A stretch of 54,145 nt of DNA from a virus. Lineage: Duplodnaviria; Caudoviricetes. Below the pieces are notes generated by a model, which ran no database searches, was not told the origin of the DNA, and was given only the letters and a program-made list of their open reading frames with translations. Shown piece after piece: positions 46,091 to 54,145 of this stretch. Numbering within the stretch: the first letter of the stretch is position 1; every line of letters begins with the position of its first letter. The translations under genes were made by a program, and so were the position numbers. The stretch is taken from positions 1 to 54,145 of the IMG/VR virus record IMGVR_UViG_3300010366_000002; one strand, written 5' to 3'.

Positions 46091-46364
46091 GGCGAATCCT
46101 CACCACCACGGGTTTATCAGGATCGCCGGAGTGTTCAATACGCTCCATGGGCTTGCCCCAAGCGTAATACATGAGAACCTGGAAGATCGGTGAAGCGAGC
46201 TGCCCGGCTTTGGCCTGGGCGAGCATCATGGCTTGCACCTCAGGGTCTTCGACAATACTCAGGGCATACGCCTTCGCGGCGGCTTTCGCCAGGGTAGCAT
46301 CCTTACCCTTCGAACCACGTGGGCGTCCGGCGCCGGGCCGCTGTCCACCATGCCCATTAGCCAT
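46080..46364 (-). CDS. terS: Terminase small subunit
   Basis: GGQRPGAGRPRGSK...YAWGKP...IEHSG; overlaps terL start. Confidence 0.8.
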   Translation of the reverse strand: MANGHGGQRPGAGRPRGSKGKDATLAKAAAKAYALSIVEDPEVQAMMLAQAKAGQLASPIFQVLMYYAWGKPMERIEHSGDPDKPVVVRIRRAH

Positions 46365-46684
46365 AAAAGAATATCTTGATTAAGGATTCAACGCAGGATC
46401 GCGTGGCGCCAGCCAACCCTCAGTATACGTTAGACTATAGACATACTATCGCATACGTGTGAGCGCAGTGCAAAGGGTTTTTTTCTGGGCTGTACAATAC
46501 GATAACTGGTTATAGATCAATGAGATAGAGATAATAGAGCGCTGGACATACTTCTACCAATGATATAATAATATATCCTATACTATACTTCTTAAGAAGA
46601 GGATAGCACAGTGTGGGGAAAAGAAGCAAGGAAGATTCTGTCTTGGAGGGTAGCTTTTAGGTCTATACTACTGCACATATGTTC

Positions 46685-46718
46685 GGGGGGGACCTGCGTC
46701 AGGTCCCCCCACTTTTTT
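46685..46718 (+). terminator. Intrinsic terminator hairpin
   Basis: GGGGGGACCTG-CGT-CAGGTCCCCCC followed by ACTTTTTT. Confidence 0.7.
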
Positions 46719-46740
46719 CGCTACCACATACCGTGTCCTC

Positions 46741-48963
46741 TTAAAACAGCCGTTGCTGATTTTGACTCTCTAGCGCCCGTGCCAGGTTCTTGATCCCGGT
46801 TGCCGCATAGCTCGCCTTCAGCTCACACCCCACAAAGTGACGGCCATGCTGCAAGGCGACAAACCCCGTCGAGCAAATGCCCGCGAAAGGGTCCAGAATA
46901 GTCTCATTGTGGTTACTCCATAGTCGAATACAACGCTCGATGACGCCAAGCTGTAGAGGGCATATATGCCTGTCATCTGCGGCTTCCCGTGCCTCAGCGG
47001 CGTTGAGCGTATCGGTTTCGTGGATGCCCCAGCCGGGCTCATCGTGGATGCCGTACCAGACGCCGTTGGCCCAACGGATCCAGGTTTCGTTATCGACATC
47101 GGGCTGAATGGGTACGGGATTGTCCCCCGGCTTGCGGAAGAAGAGGATATAGTCACACAGGGCAGGACGCAGCCAGGAGGCATCTTTCTTGAGCTGGCTA
47201 AAGGCCAGCCCTTTGCTGTGAATGCGTATGGCCTGGGCTTGGGGGTTTTTCGAGATGACGACCTCGCCATGATACAGCCAGCCCCACTGACTCATGGCGC
47301 GCACGGTCTCCCCGCGAAAGTCCTTGAGTCCGATCCAGCCATCACGCACCAGCATGGCCGGCACCTGGGAGACATGGATGGCTGCGTGGCGCCCTGGCAT
47401 GGTGACCCGCATGAGCTGGTCACTGACGTAGCGAAAATGCTGGAAGAAGGTCTCCGTATCCTGCGAGTTGCCCAGGTCACGCTCGGTCGGCGAATATTGG
47501 TACAAACTTAAAAACGGGGGACTGAAGACCGTGAGTCCGACACTGGCATCGGCGATATACGGTAAGCCATCGACACAATCGCCCTGGTACAGGTCCCACG
47601 AGGGACCGGTAAAATGCTGGACGTTGCCCACGGCCACAGGCGTCTGGGCGTGCTGTAACTCTGCCTGTTCATAGTGCTGCATATGGGTAATCATATTCTT
47701 CACCATGCCTTCTGCTTGCCGTTCCTTGCGTTGGATATTGTCGAGAATCGGTTGTTCGTAGTCTGAGAGCACCAGATGCACGATGACTTCGTGGGTCTGC
47801 CCATAGCGCCAGAGACGGCGGATCGTTTGAAACCACGTTTCCCATGAATCGTTTAACCCGACAAAGATGGCTGTATGTGCATGTTGGAAATTCATCCCAA
47901 AGCCCGCTATTGCACTTTTGGTAAGCAGGATTCTGCTGGCGCCATCGACAAAACTGAGCAACTTCATCTCTTTCTCTGCGAGCGGCGTACTGCCGCGAAT
48001 TTCCACGATGCTCTGATCGCACAGCGCGTGTGCCAGAGCCGTTGATTCATCATTGAGTCCACACCACATGGTCACTGGCCCATCGGCATCCCGTGCTAAC
48101 TGCGCGGCCATCGCTACCCGTTCCGAGATCGTGCCGCGCCGGACCGCGCTACGATCCGTAATACCCTTCAGACCCATGGTCGGGAACAACTCCCCATCAC
48201 GGTGAAAATCGGCCTTGGCATAGTGCACCTTCAATGTGCGCGGGGGGAGTTGAAACGCCGTAGCATCGAACCCCAGATCTGCAGGCGACTGTAAGGCCAT
48301 GGCCCACGACGCCATCCACTGATAAAACGCCTCTGCCGCATGGCCGCGCAAGCGCCAGCCCTGATCATCATGCACGAAAAAGGTACTGAGCATATCGGGA
48401 CGCTTCATCACGCCGAGAAATTCAGCGTGATTGCCGATTTCCGCGATGTCATTGGGGGCAGGCGTCGCGGTGCAGCACAGGCGATAGGGAATATGGGTAA
48501 AGTGCGTGAGCAACTCTTCACGGGTTTTGCTAGTAATGTGCTTGATGCGGCTGCTTTCATCACACACGATGCCCGTGAAGGGAGCGTCATAGAAGTTGCG
48601 CATCATGTCGTAATTGGTGACCACGATGCGGCTCTCACCCATCTGGTCTGGGTGGCGGATGTAGGCGAGATCGCGCTGGAACTTCTGCCGTGCTTCGCGG
48701 ACCAGTTGATGCGTCACGGCCAGCGGCGCAAGGATGAGCACGAGGCCGGGAATGTGGTGCGCCCACTCCAACAACATGAGCCCCTTGCCTAATCCTGTGG
48801 AAGCGAAGAGCCCGGCCCGTCCCCGGCGCAGGGCCCAGCGGGTCAGGGCTTGCTGAAAGGGGTAGAGCACCGGGGAGAGGGCCTCCAGGGGCACCTCGAT
48901 CCCGGTGGGGGCATCGGTCAAGCGTTTGGTGCGCAGAAAGTCGAGATAGTCGGTATCAGGCAT
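46741..48963 (-). CDS. SNF2-like helicase fused to DNA methyltransferase
   Basis: STGLGKG, CDESS, TATPAPN, RRLWRYGQ; FSPPF, HICPLQL, ILDPFAGICSTG. Confidence 0.88.
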   Translation of the reverse strand: MPDTDYLDFLRTKRLTDAPTGIEVPLEALSPVLYPFQQALTRWALRRGRAGLFASTGLGKGLMLLEWAHHIPGLVLILAPLAVTHQLVREARQKFQRDLAYIRHPDQMGESRIVVTNYDMMRNFYDAPFTGIVCDESSRIKHITSKTREELLTHFTHIPYRLCCTATPAPNDIAEIGNHAEFLGVMKRPDMLSTFFVHDDQGWRLRGHAAEAFYQWMASWAMALQSPADLGFDATAFQLPPRTLKVHYAKADFHRDGELFPTMGLKGITDRSAVRRGTISERVAMAAQLARDADGPVTMWCGLNDESTALAHALCDQSIVEIRGSTPLAEKEMKLLSFVDGASRILLTKSAIAGFGMNFQHAHTAIFVGLNDSWETWFQTIRRLWRYGQTHEVIVHLVLSDYEQPILDNIQRKERQAEGMVKNMITHMQHYEQAELQHAQTPVAVGNVQHFTGPSWDLYQGDCVDGLPYIADASVGLTVFSPPFLSLYQYSPTERDLGNSQDTETFFQHFRYVSDQLMRVTMPGRHAAIHVSQVPAMLVRDGWIGLKDFRGETVRAMSQWGWLYHGEVVISKNPQAQAIRIHSKGLAFSQLKKDASWLRPALCDYILFFRKPGDNPVPIQPDVDNETWIRWANGVWYGIHDEPGWGIHETDTLNAAEAREAADDRHICPLQLGVIERCIRLWSNHNETILDPFAGICSTGFVALQHGRHFVGCELKASYAATGIKNLARALESQNQQRLF

Positions 48964-49213
48964 CAGGTGGTGTCCTTTCATCTGTCGTGCTGCAAAGATA
49001 ATCCAAGGAGAGCCCTAAGAGTTCAGCGATGACGGCTAAACGCTCAGCGGAGACGGACTGCGAGCCCGTTTCCAGTCGGCTGATGACCGCAAAACTCACC
49101 CCAGCCTTGCGGGCTAACTGGTACTGAGTGAGTCCGAGCCGTCGACGCACATGCTGCACCCGTTCGCCGATGAGTGGATTAATCGGTGTTCCTGGTCGTG
49201 CCGTGGTGACCAT
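48956..49213 (-). CDS. XRE-family HTH transcriptional regulator
   Basis: IGERVQHVRRRLGLTQYQLARKAGVSFAVISRLETG. Confidence 0.88.
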   Translation of the reverse strand: MVTTARPGTPINPLIGERVQHVRRRLGLTQYQLARKAGVSFAVISRLETGSQSVSAERLAVIAELLGLSLDYLCSTTDERTPPDA

Positions 49214-49288
49214 CCTGTGCCCCCTTTCATCTCTCAACAGAAGTATAGATAATTTTATAGAGAAGTGCAAATTTTTAGTATTTTCTAC

Positions 49289-49317
49289 TTGCATGATTTT
49301 ATAGAAAGCTATATACT
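49289..49317 (+). promoter_or_regulatory. sigma70-type promoter, divergent from the XRE gene
   Basis: TTGCAT-17 nt-TATACT. Confidence 0.75.
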
Positions 49318-49369
49318 CTTGTTCAAATGCAGCGAGTGAGACCCCAAACACCGAGAGGAGGAGACGACG

Positions 49370-49573
49370 ATGGCAACGACACTGAAGAACGTCCAGGCAG
49401 GCGCAGCGTACCTGGAGACCAGGGAGCAGATTTTTGACGCGATGAACACGCTCAAGGCGCAGCTCGTGGCGCATGAAAGAGCCGCCCAGGCGGTAGGGAC
49501 TGATTGGGGGCATGTGGGCGATTTGACGGAGGTCCTCGCCCTCCTCCAGCGTGCGATCACCCACGAGGACTAG
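49370..49573 (+). CDS. Hypothetical protein
   Basis: GAGGAG RBS; DWGHVGDL motif. Confidence 0.75.
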   Translation: MATTLKNVQAGAAYLETREQIFDAMNTLKAQLVAHERAAQAVGTDWGHVGDLTEVLALLQRAITHED

Positions 49574-49663
49574 AGAGAGGAGCGGCCAGCCTGGCGGGAA
49601 AACCGGGCTGGTCGCTGTGAACGGGACTGAGTCCTGAGAGAGTCAAGAGAAAGAGAGTGTACC

Positions 49664-50164
49664 ATGACAGCGACGTTGATACCAGACTTTCAGACCACGG
49701 TCGAGTTTGACGCCCTGCTCACCGGCTGCACCGAGCGGGCCCTGGCGAAGTTTCCCGAGGCGCGCACGCGCATTGAGAAAGGCGCCGCGCTGGTGCGGGC
49801 GGACGCGGTGACGGACTACGCGGACATCACGCCCTACGCCTTTACGGTGCAGAGTGCCAGCGATCCCGACCAACGCTACAGTGTGGCGAGCAAAGAGACG
49901 ACGATATGCACCTGCAAGGATTACGAGCGGCATGGCAGCACGTGCAAACATGGCTGGGCCGTGTTGCTGGTGCGGGCGGTGCGCCGTGAAGTGAACAAGC
50001 CGCGCTGTCGGCAGGCGTACCACTGGTACTTGGGCGAGGGCTACGCCATGCTGCGCGGCGGTGGGAGAGTGGAGTGGCGGGCCAGCGGCACGGCGGAAGG
50101 GCTGCTCTGTACGCATGACGATGTGACACTGGGGGCAGTTGCGGCGCCCGGCGTCTGGCGCTAA
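49664..50164 (+). CDS. SWIM zinc-finger protein
   Basis: CTCKDY...CKH. Confidence 0.8.
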   Translation: MTATLIPDFQTTVEFDALLTGCTERALAKFPEARTRIEKGAALVRADAVTDYADITPYAFTVQSASDPDQRYSVASKETTICTCKDYERHGSTCKHGWAVLLVRAVRREVNKPRCRQAYHWYLGEGYAMLRGGGRVEWRASGTAEGLLCTHDDVTLGAVAAPGVWR

Positions 50165-50213
50165 CGACAACCATGAGGGCGGGGCGTTGCCCCCCGCCCT
50201 GTGAGGAAACTGT

Positions 50214-50426
50214 ATGGACACGACTCCGAAACCTTCCCGCTGCCACCGGTGCCGCACCCGCCGGCACCTGTATGAGCTGGTCGAACGCACAAGCGGCGAC
50301 CACGTCTGGCTGCTCTGCGTCCCCTGTGCGGTTTTTCACGATGCGTGGCAAAGCCACACGGCGATCCGCGCTGCCATGCGCCAGGCCGGTGCCGAGGGTG
50401 CACCCGACCCCACACACGAGACGTAA
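50214..50426 (+). CDS. Small zinc-finger-like hypothetical protein
   Basis: GAGGA RBS; CHRC...CVPC. Confidence 0.6.
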   Translation: MDTTPKPSRCHRCRTRRHLYELVERTSGDHVWLLCVPCAVFHDAWQSHTAIRAAMRQAGAEGAPDPTHET

Positions 50427-50475
50427 CCACACACGGGCAGGGCATTCTCCCCCGCCCAGGAAGGCGACTGGAACG

Positions 50476-50580
50476 ATGATTGAGGTCAAACTGCACGAAT
50501 TGGTCCTACTGGCCCTTTTCTGCTTTGTGATTGGACTGCTCATGCAGCTGTGTGGGCAGGCCGCAGGAGCCGGACTATGA
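50476..50580 (+). CDS. 34-aa membrane peptide
   Basis: Hydrophobic core; ATGA overlap with next gene. Confidence 0.45.
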   Translation: MIEVKLHELVLLALFCFVIGLLMQLCGQAAGAGL

Positions 50581-50891
50581 TGCTGCTCACCGTGCCCCAG
50601 CTCGTGTGTTTCGGTTTGATGTTTCTGGGACTGGGGTTATTTGTCGGCACGGTCCTGCTCGCCTGGCTGGACGAGCGGGAGGATGCCTATGCCGGGATAC
50701 GCTGGTCGCGTGCCCTGGGGCTGGATTCCAATTATCCGGCACGGGCCTCACTCGCCTACGGCACGATTAGGACCGTGTGTGCCTATTGCCGACGCCGCAC
50801 CACCAGTGTGTGGTGTGCCCCCTGCCGGCGCTATTATTGTCTGGCGCACAATGCTCGGGCGCACCGGGCCTGCGCCCTGGAGGTGGTATGA
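50577..50891 (+). CDS. TM protein with C-terminal Cys/His zinc finger
   Basis: AGGAG RBS; CAYC..CAPC..CLAH..HRAC. Confidence 0.6.
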   Translation: MMLLTVPQLVCFGLMFLGLGLFVGTVLLAWLDEREDAYAGIRWSRALGLDSNYPARASLAYGTIRTVCAYCRRRTTSVWCAPCRRYYCLAHNARAHRACALEVV

Positions 50892-51055
50892 ACGACTATG
50901 TCCGTTATGGAGATGCCCTGCTGGCCCTGCTCTGGGAAGCAGACCAACTGTGCGCCGTGTGCGAGGAGCGCTTGTGGACCCAGTGTGCGCGCTGGCACCG
51001 GGCGCTGCTGTGTCCTGATTGTGCCATGGATGAACCCGACCCGGAGGAGGAGTGA
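50888..51055 (+). CDS. Small zinc-finger-like protein
   Basis: GGAGG RBS; CAVC..CPDC. Confidence 0.55.
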   Translation: MNDYVRYGDALLALLWEADQLCAVCEERLWTQCARWHRALLCPDCAMDEPDPEEE

Positions 51056-51453
51056 TGACCTGGGAAGAGCGCCTCTTAGCGGAGGGCTATGTGATCCGTG
51101 ATCGTTTCGCCAGCCGGGCCCCTCGTGTGGCGCGACGCGAGGAGGATGCTGAGGCCGCCGAGACCATGCCCGAAGGCACGCTGCTAGCGGAGGTCCGGGC
51201 CCTGGCCAAACGCTACGGCTGGAACGGAGTTTACCATACACATGACAGCCGGAAGTCAGAGCCGGGATTCCCGGATATTGTGATTTGCAATGGCCATTCA
51301 TTGCTACTCAAAGAGCTCAAGACGAATACTGGCAAGCTCACCATGGACCAGCAGCGCTGGCTCTCACTGCTGCAGCACTGTGGGACTATTGAGACAGGAA
51401 TCTGGCGGCCCCGCGACCTGGCCCAGGTCGAGCAACGACTTCGGAGGCGGTGA
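51052..51453 (+). CDS. VRR-NUC domain nuclease
   Basis: GFPDIVI...KELKTNTGKLTMDQQRW. Confidence 0.88.
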   Translation: MMTWEERLLAEGYVIRDRFASRAPRVARREEDAEAAETMPEGTLLAEVRALAKRYGWNGVYHTHDSRKSEPGFPDIVICNGHSLLLKELKTNTGKLTMDQQRWLSLLQHCGTIETGIWRPRDLAQVEQRLRRR

Positions 51454-51665
51454 TGCCGCGCTACCTCGATGAGCCCTTTGCCCTTGAGCTGGCGCAACTG
51501 GAGGAGGCCAGGAACCTGTTGCGCCAGTTAGCGGCACGGCCCGGCCCGCTGCCGCCGTACTGGCGCAGCCGCGTCGCCCGCCTGGCGGTGCAGCTCACGT
51601 CTCTGCGCCGGGAGCTCGCCCGGCACGGGCGGCACCGGGAGGGCACTGAGCAGGGCCCCCCTTAG
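51450..51665 (+). CDS. Hypothetical protein
   Basis: GGAGG RBS, GTGA overlap. Confidence 0.55.
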   Translation: MMPRYLDEPFALELAQLEEARNLLRQLAARPGPLPPYWRSRVARLAVQLTSLRRELARHGRHREGTEQGPP

Positions 51666-51877
51666 CGGCGCCAGCGCCGCACGTCTTCAAGCGTTAAATC
51701 GTGCACGAGGTGTTGCGAGGCGGGATGCGCTTTGAGCTTCTCCAGCAACCACTCTGGTATCAGTTCCTGCAACTCTTTGCGCTCGATATGGAGCACTTCG
51801 TAGAGGGCTTCTCGCAGCACCGGCGCAATAGGAATTTGTAACGTATACCGCCGTGTATTAAGTTTGCTTCTTCGCAT
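51662..51877 (-). CDS. Small putative DNA-binding (RHH-like) protein divergent from the replication gene
   Basis: GAAGG RBS; YTLQIPIAPVLREAL. Confidence 0.55.
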   Translation of the reverse strand: MRRSKLNTRRYTLQIPIAPVLREALYEVLHIERKELQELIPEWLLEKLKAHPASQHLVHDLTLEDVRRWRR

Positions 51878-52054
51878 TGACCTTCCTTCCAATCTGGTTT
51901 ACACACATCGTGCGTAAAGCTGCTCCTTGTCTGTGGAGTCTTGCCTCAAACTGTACACTATTATCTTTATTTTCACAATAATTGCTTATATCATTAATAT
52001 CATAATTATCAGTGACACTCTTCTGCCATCTTCTAACCTACGAAGGATGCCCTC

Positions 52055-53965
52055 ATGAGCGATCCCCACGAACCCGCATCAGACGACCCTGCCATGACCC
52101 CTGCTGCGCTCGCCGTTCCTGCCCTGGGCGCGCCTATGGTCGACTGGGCACAGTATTACGCCGCACTCGGCTGGCCGGTGTTCCCGTGTCGCGGCAAAAT
52201 TCCACTCATTCAGGATTGGCCAAAGACCGCAAGCACTGATCCGTTTGAGCTTGCAACCTGGTGGCGCCAATACCCTGGAGCCAATATCGGGTGCTTGTGT
52301 GGCGTCAAATTTTGGGCACTCGATATTGATCCAAGGGCTGGAGGTGATACAACGTATATCTTGCTCCAACGACAGCATGGTCTCTTACCAGCAACACTCC
52401 TCTCACATACCGGGGGGGGAGGTGATCATGTCTTGTGGTTAATGCCGCAAGGACGCAACGTGATCAATAAAGCCCCTCTGGGGGATGGCATTGACGTCCA
52501 GGGGCTAGGCTCACAGATTATTCTGCCACCCTCGATTCATCCCGAGACTGGCACAACGTATGCCTGGGATATTCAGGACGGCCCCGATGACATCATGCCG
52601 CAAGAAGCTCCTGCTTGGTTGCTGGCACTGGTAACAACGCTCCATGCTCCTACCCAATCAGCTACCCAATCAGCCCCGCCCCCGCCCGTAGATACGCCTA
52701 TCCTGCAGGGCAGCAGAAACAAGACTCTCTATACCTATGGCACAGGTTTTGCGCGGGCTGGTGCGTCCTATGAGATGATGCTTGCGGCACTCACCGAAGC
52801 CAATAAACGCTGTCAACCTCCCCTCTCTACGCTAGAGGTCGAACGGATCGCCGTGAGTGCCAACCGCTCTCAACGGGCTATTCTCGTAGTCTCAGACGCT
52901 GCCCAGGGAGGCCATCATCCTGGCAGCAACGGCACTGGCACTGGCACTGGCACTGCCCCAGACCAACCGCAATGGGGGACACAGTTTGATTTTAACCAGG
53001 GAGTTTCTGGACAGAAGCTTATGAATATGATGCGCGTCCCTCCACGGTTTCTTGTGGAAAAACTTGTACCAGACGGATTGACTATTCTCGGGGCTCCTGC
53101 GAAATCCTATAAATCCTATTTTTCGATTTCCCTAGCACTTGCGACTCTGGGGGCAGGAGACTGGTGTAATGCCTTCCCGGTCACCGACACCGGCAATGTT
53201 GTCTTTTTTGGTCTTGAAGCCCCCGTGATGCAATTGCGCAATCGTATTCATCAGTTGCGGCCCTCCTTTAACCCCAATGATTTCCCTCATACCATTACCT
53301 TCTTTTCAGGTATGAAAGTCTTGCCGTCATTCAGAAATGGCCTGAAGCAGTCCCTTGAGCAAGTCATCGAGCGTTATACCCCTCGTCTTATTGTGATTGA
53401 CCCCATGTCCTATCTCTATCGCCTGGGACGGCAAGAAGATCTGGCCTCAGCAACGCTTGATTTGCTCTTGCCAGTCGCAGAACTGATGTTTGAAGCTGGC
53501 GTGGCGCTGTTTGCCCCTGAACATATGCGGAAGCGGAACAAGGAAGACTTTACCGTGATGGATCAACTCAATGGCTCGCATGTCAAACCGGGAATTGTCC
53601 ATGGACTTCTGATGATGCAACGCTCTGGAGAAGACATCATTATAGAAACCACGATGCGCGATGCGCCCCAACAAGAACTGACGTTGTCGCTGGAGTTCGA
53701 TAACGATTTACACAAAATCACCTGGGGGTATAAGGGCTCTAGTGCCATGCTGGCAGCCACCCGGCTTGATGATCTGAAAACTAAAGTGCTCAAAGAACTG
53801 CAAGAACACCGCTATCCTAAGAAAGTCAGCGAGTTGCTGGAAGCCCTCGAACTCCCGAATACCGAACGAAACAGAAGCTCTATCCGCCAAATTTTGCATC
53901 GCGGAGAGAAAGAGGGACTGTTAGCGAGCTCGCGACGCGGTGAATTCTACTGGATAGGGCAATGA
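52055..53965 (+). CDS. Bifunctional primase/polymerase + PriCT + RecA-like AAA (RepA-type) helicase + C-terminal wHTH
   Basis: GWPVFPC, ANIG, ALDIDPR, TGGGGDH, ILPPSIH; GSRNKTL; GAPAKSYKS, LIVIDP, EHMRK. Confidence 0.9.
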   Translation: MSDPHEPASDDPAMTPAALAVPALGAPMVDWAQYYAALGWPVFPCRGKIPLIQDWPKTASTDPFELATWWRQYPGANIGCLCGVKFWALDIDPRAGGDTTYILLQRQHGLLPATLLSHTGGGGDHVLWLMPQGRNVINKAPLGDGIDVQGLGSQIILPPSIHPETGTTYAWDIQDGPDDIMPQEAPAWLLALVTTLHAPTQSATQSAPPPPVDTPILQGSRNKTLYTYGTGFARAGASYEMMLAALTEANKRCQPPLSTLEVERIAVSANRSQRAILVVSDAAQGGHHPGSNGTGTGTGTAPDQPQWGTQFDFNQGVSGQKLMNMMRVPPRFLVEKLVPDGLTILGAPAKSYKSYFSISLALATLGAGDWCNAFPVTDTGNVVFFGLEAPVMQLRNRIHQLRPSFNPNDFPHTITFFSGMKVLPSFRNGLKQSLEQVIERYTPRLIVIDPMSYLYRLGRQEDLASATLDLLLPVAELMFEAGVALFAPEHMRKRNKEDFTVMDQLNGSHVKPGIVHGLLMMQRSGEDIIIETTMRDAPQQELTLSLEFDNDLHKITWGYKGSSAMLAATRLDDLKTKVLKELQEHRYPKKVSELLEALELPNTERNRSSIRQILHRGEKEGLLASSRRGEFYWIGQ

Positions 53966-53983
53966 CGCCCATGTGCGGATTTC

Positions 53984-54145
53984 AGTCACGTTGCTAGCTT
54001 TTGAGTCACGTTTGTACATTCTCAGTCACGTTGACGATGAATAAGTCACAATGGAGAGGCCAAAGTCACAATGGAGAGGCCAAAGTCACAATGGAGAGGC
54101 CAAAGTCACAATGGAGAGGCCAAAGTCACAATGGAGAGGCCAAAG
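53984..54145. repeat. 20-bp-phased AGTCAC repeats: three degenerate units then the perfect tandem array
   Basis: GTCAC at 53985, 54005, 54025, 54045, 54065 ...; perfect units from 54050. Confidence 0.95.

Overview
This window is an apparently complete, circularly permuted ~54 kb podovirus-like (P22-type head and short tail) phage genome. The contig opens and closes inside a 20-bp tandem array just downstream of a primase-polymerase/helicase gene, which is the likely origin. The minus strand carries terS, terL, portal, scaffold, P22-like coat, gp4/gp10-like tail proteins, three ejection proteins (one with a lytic transglycosylase domain) and two DNA methyltransferases. I recognised no integrase, canonical endolysin, TnpA or TnpB. 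Two features stand out. (1) Four protein-less IS200/IS605-derived elements (A, B and C complete at ~440-470 bp; D lacking a recognisable left end), plus one remnant. Each has its own promoter and a ~300-nt non-coding RNA made of a boxA-like motif, a covarying pseudoknot module and a TnpB omegaRNA-like 3' part ending at the right end, followed by a different flanking 'guide'. Three promoters carry 11-bp-phased GTTCA boxes. Precise in-silico excision restores an interrupted ORF in one case and an ATGA gene junction in another. (2) A ~12.8 kb block at the tail-fibre position in which all eight genes encode Sec-type signal peptides or an N-terminal membrane segment, many Cys-rich, suggesting appendages or adhesins folded outside the cytoplasm. 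All assignments are from reading the sequence by eye; no searches were run.
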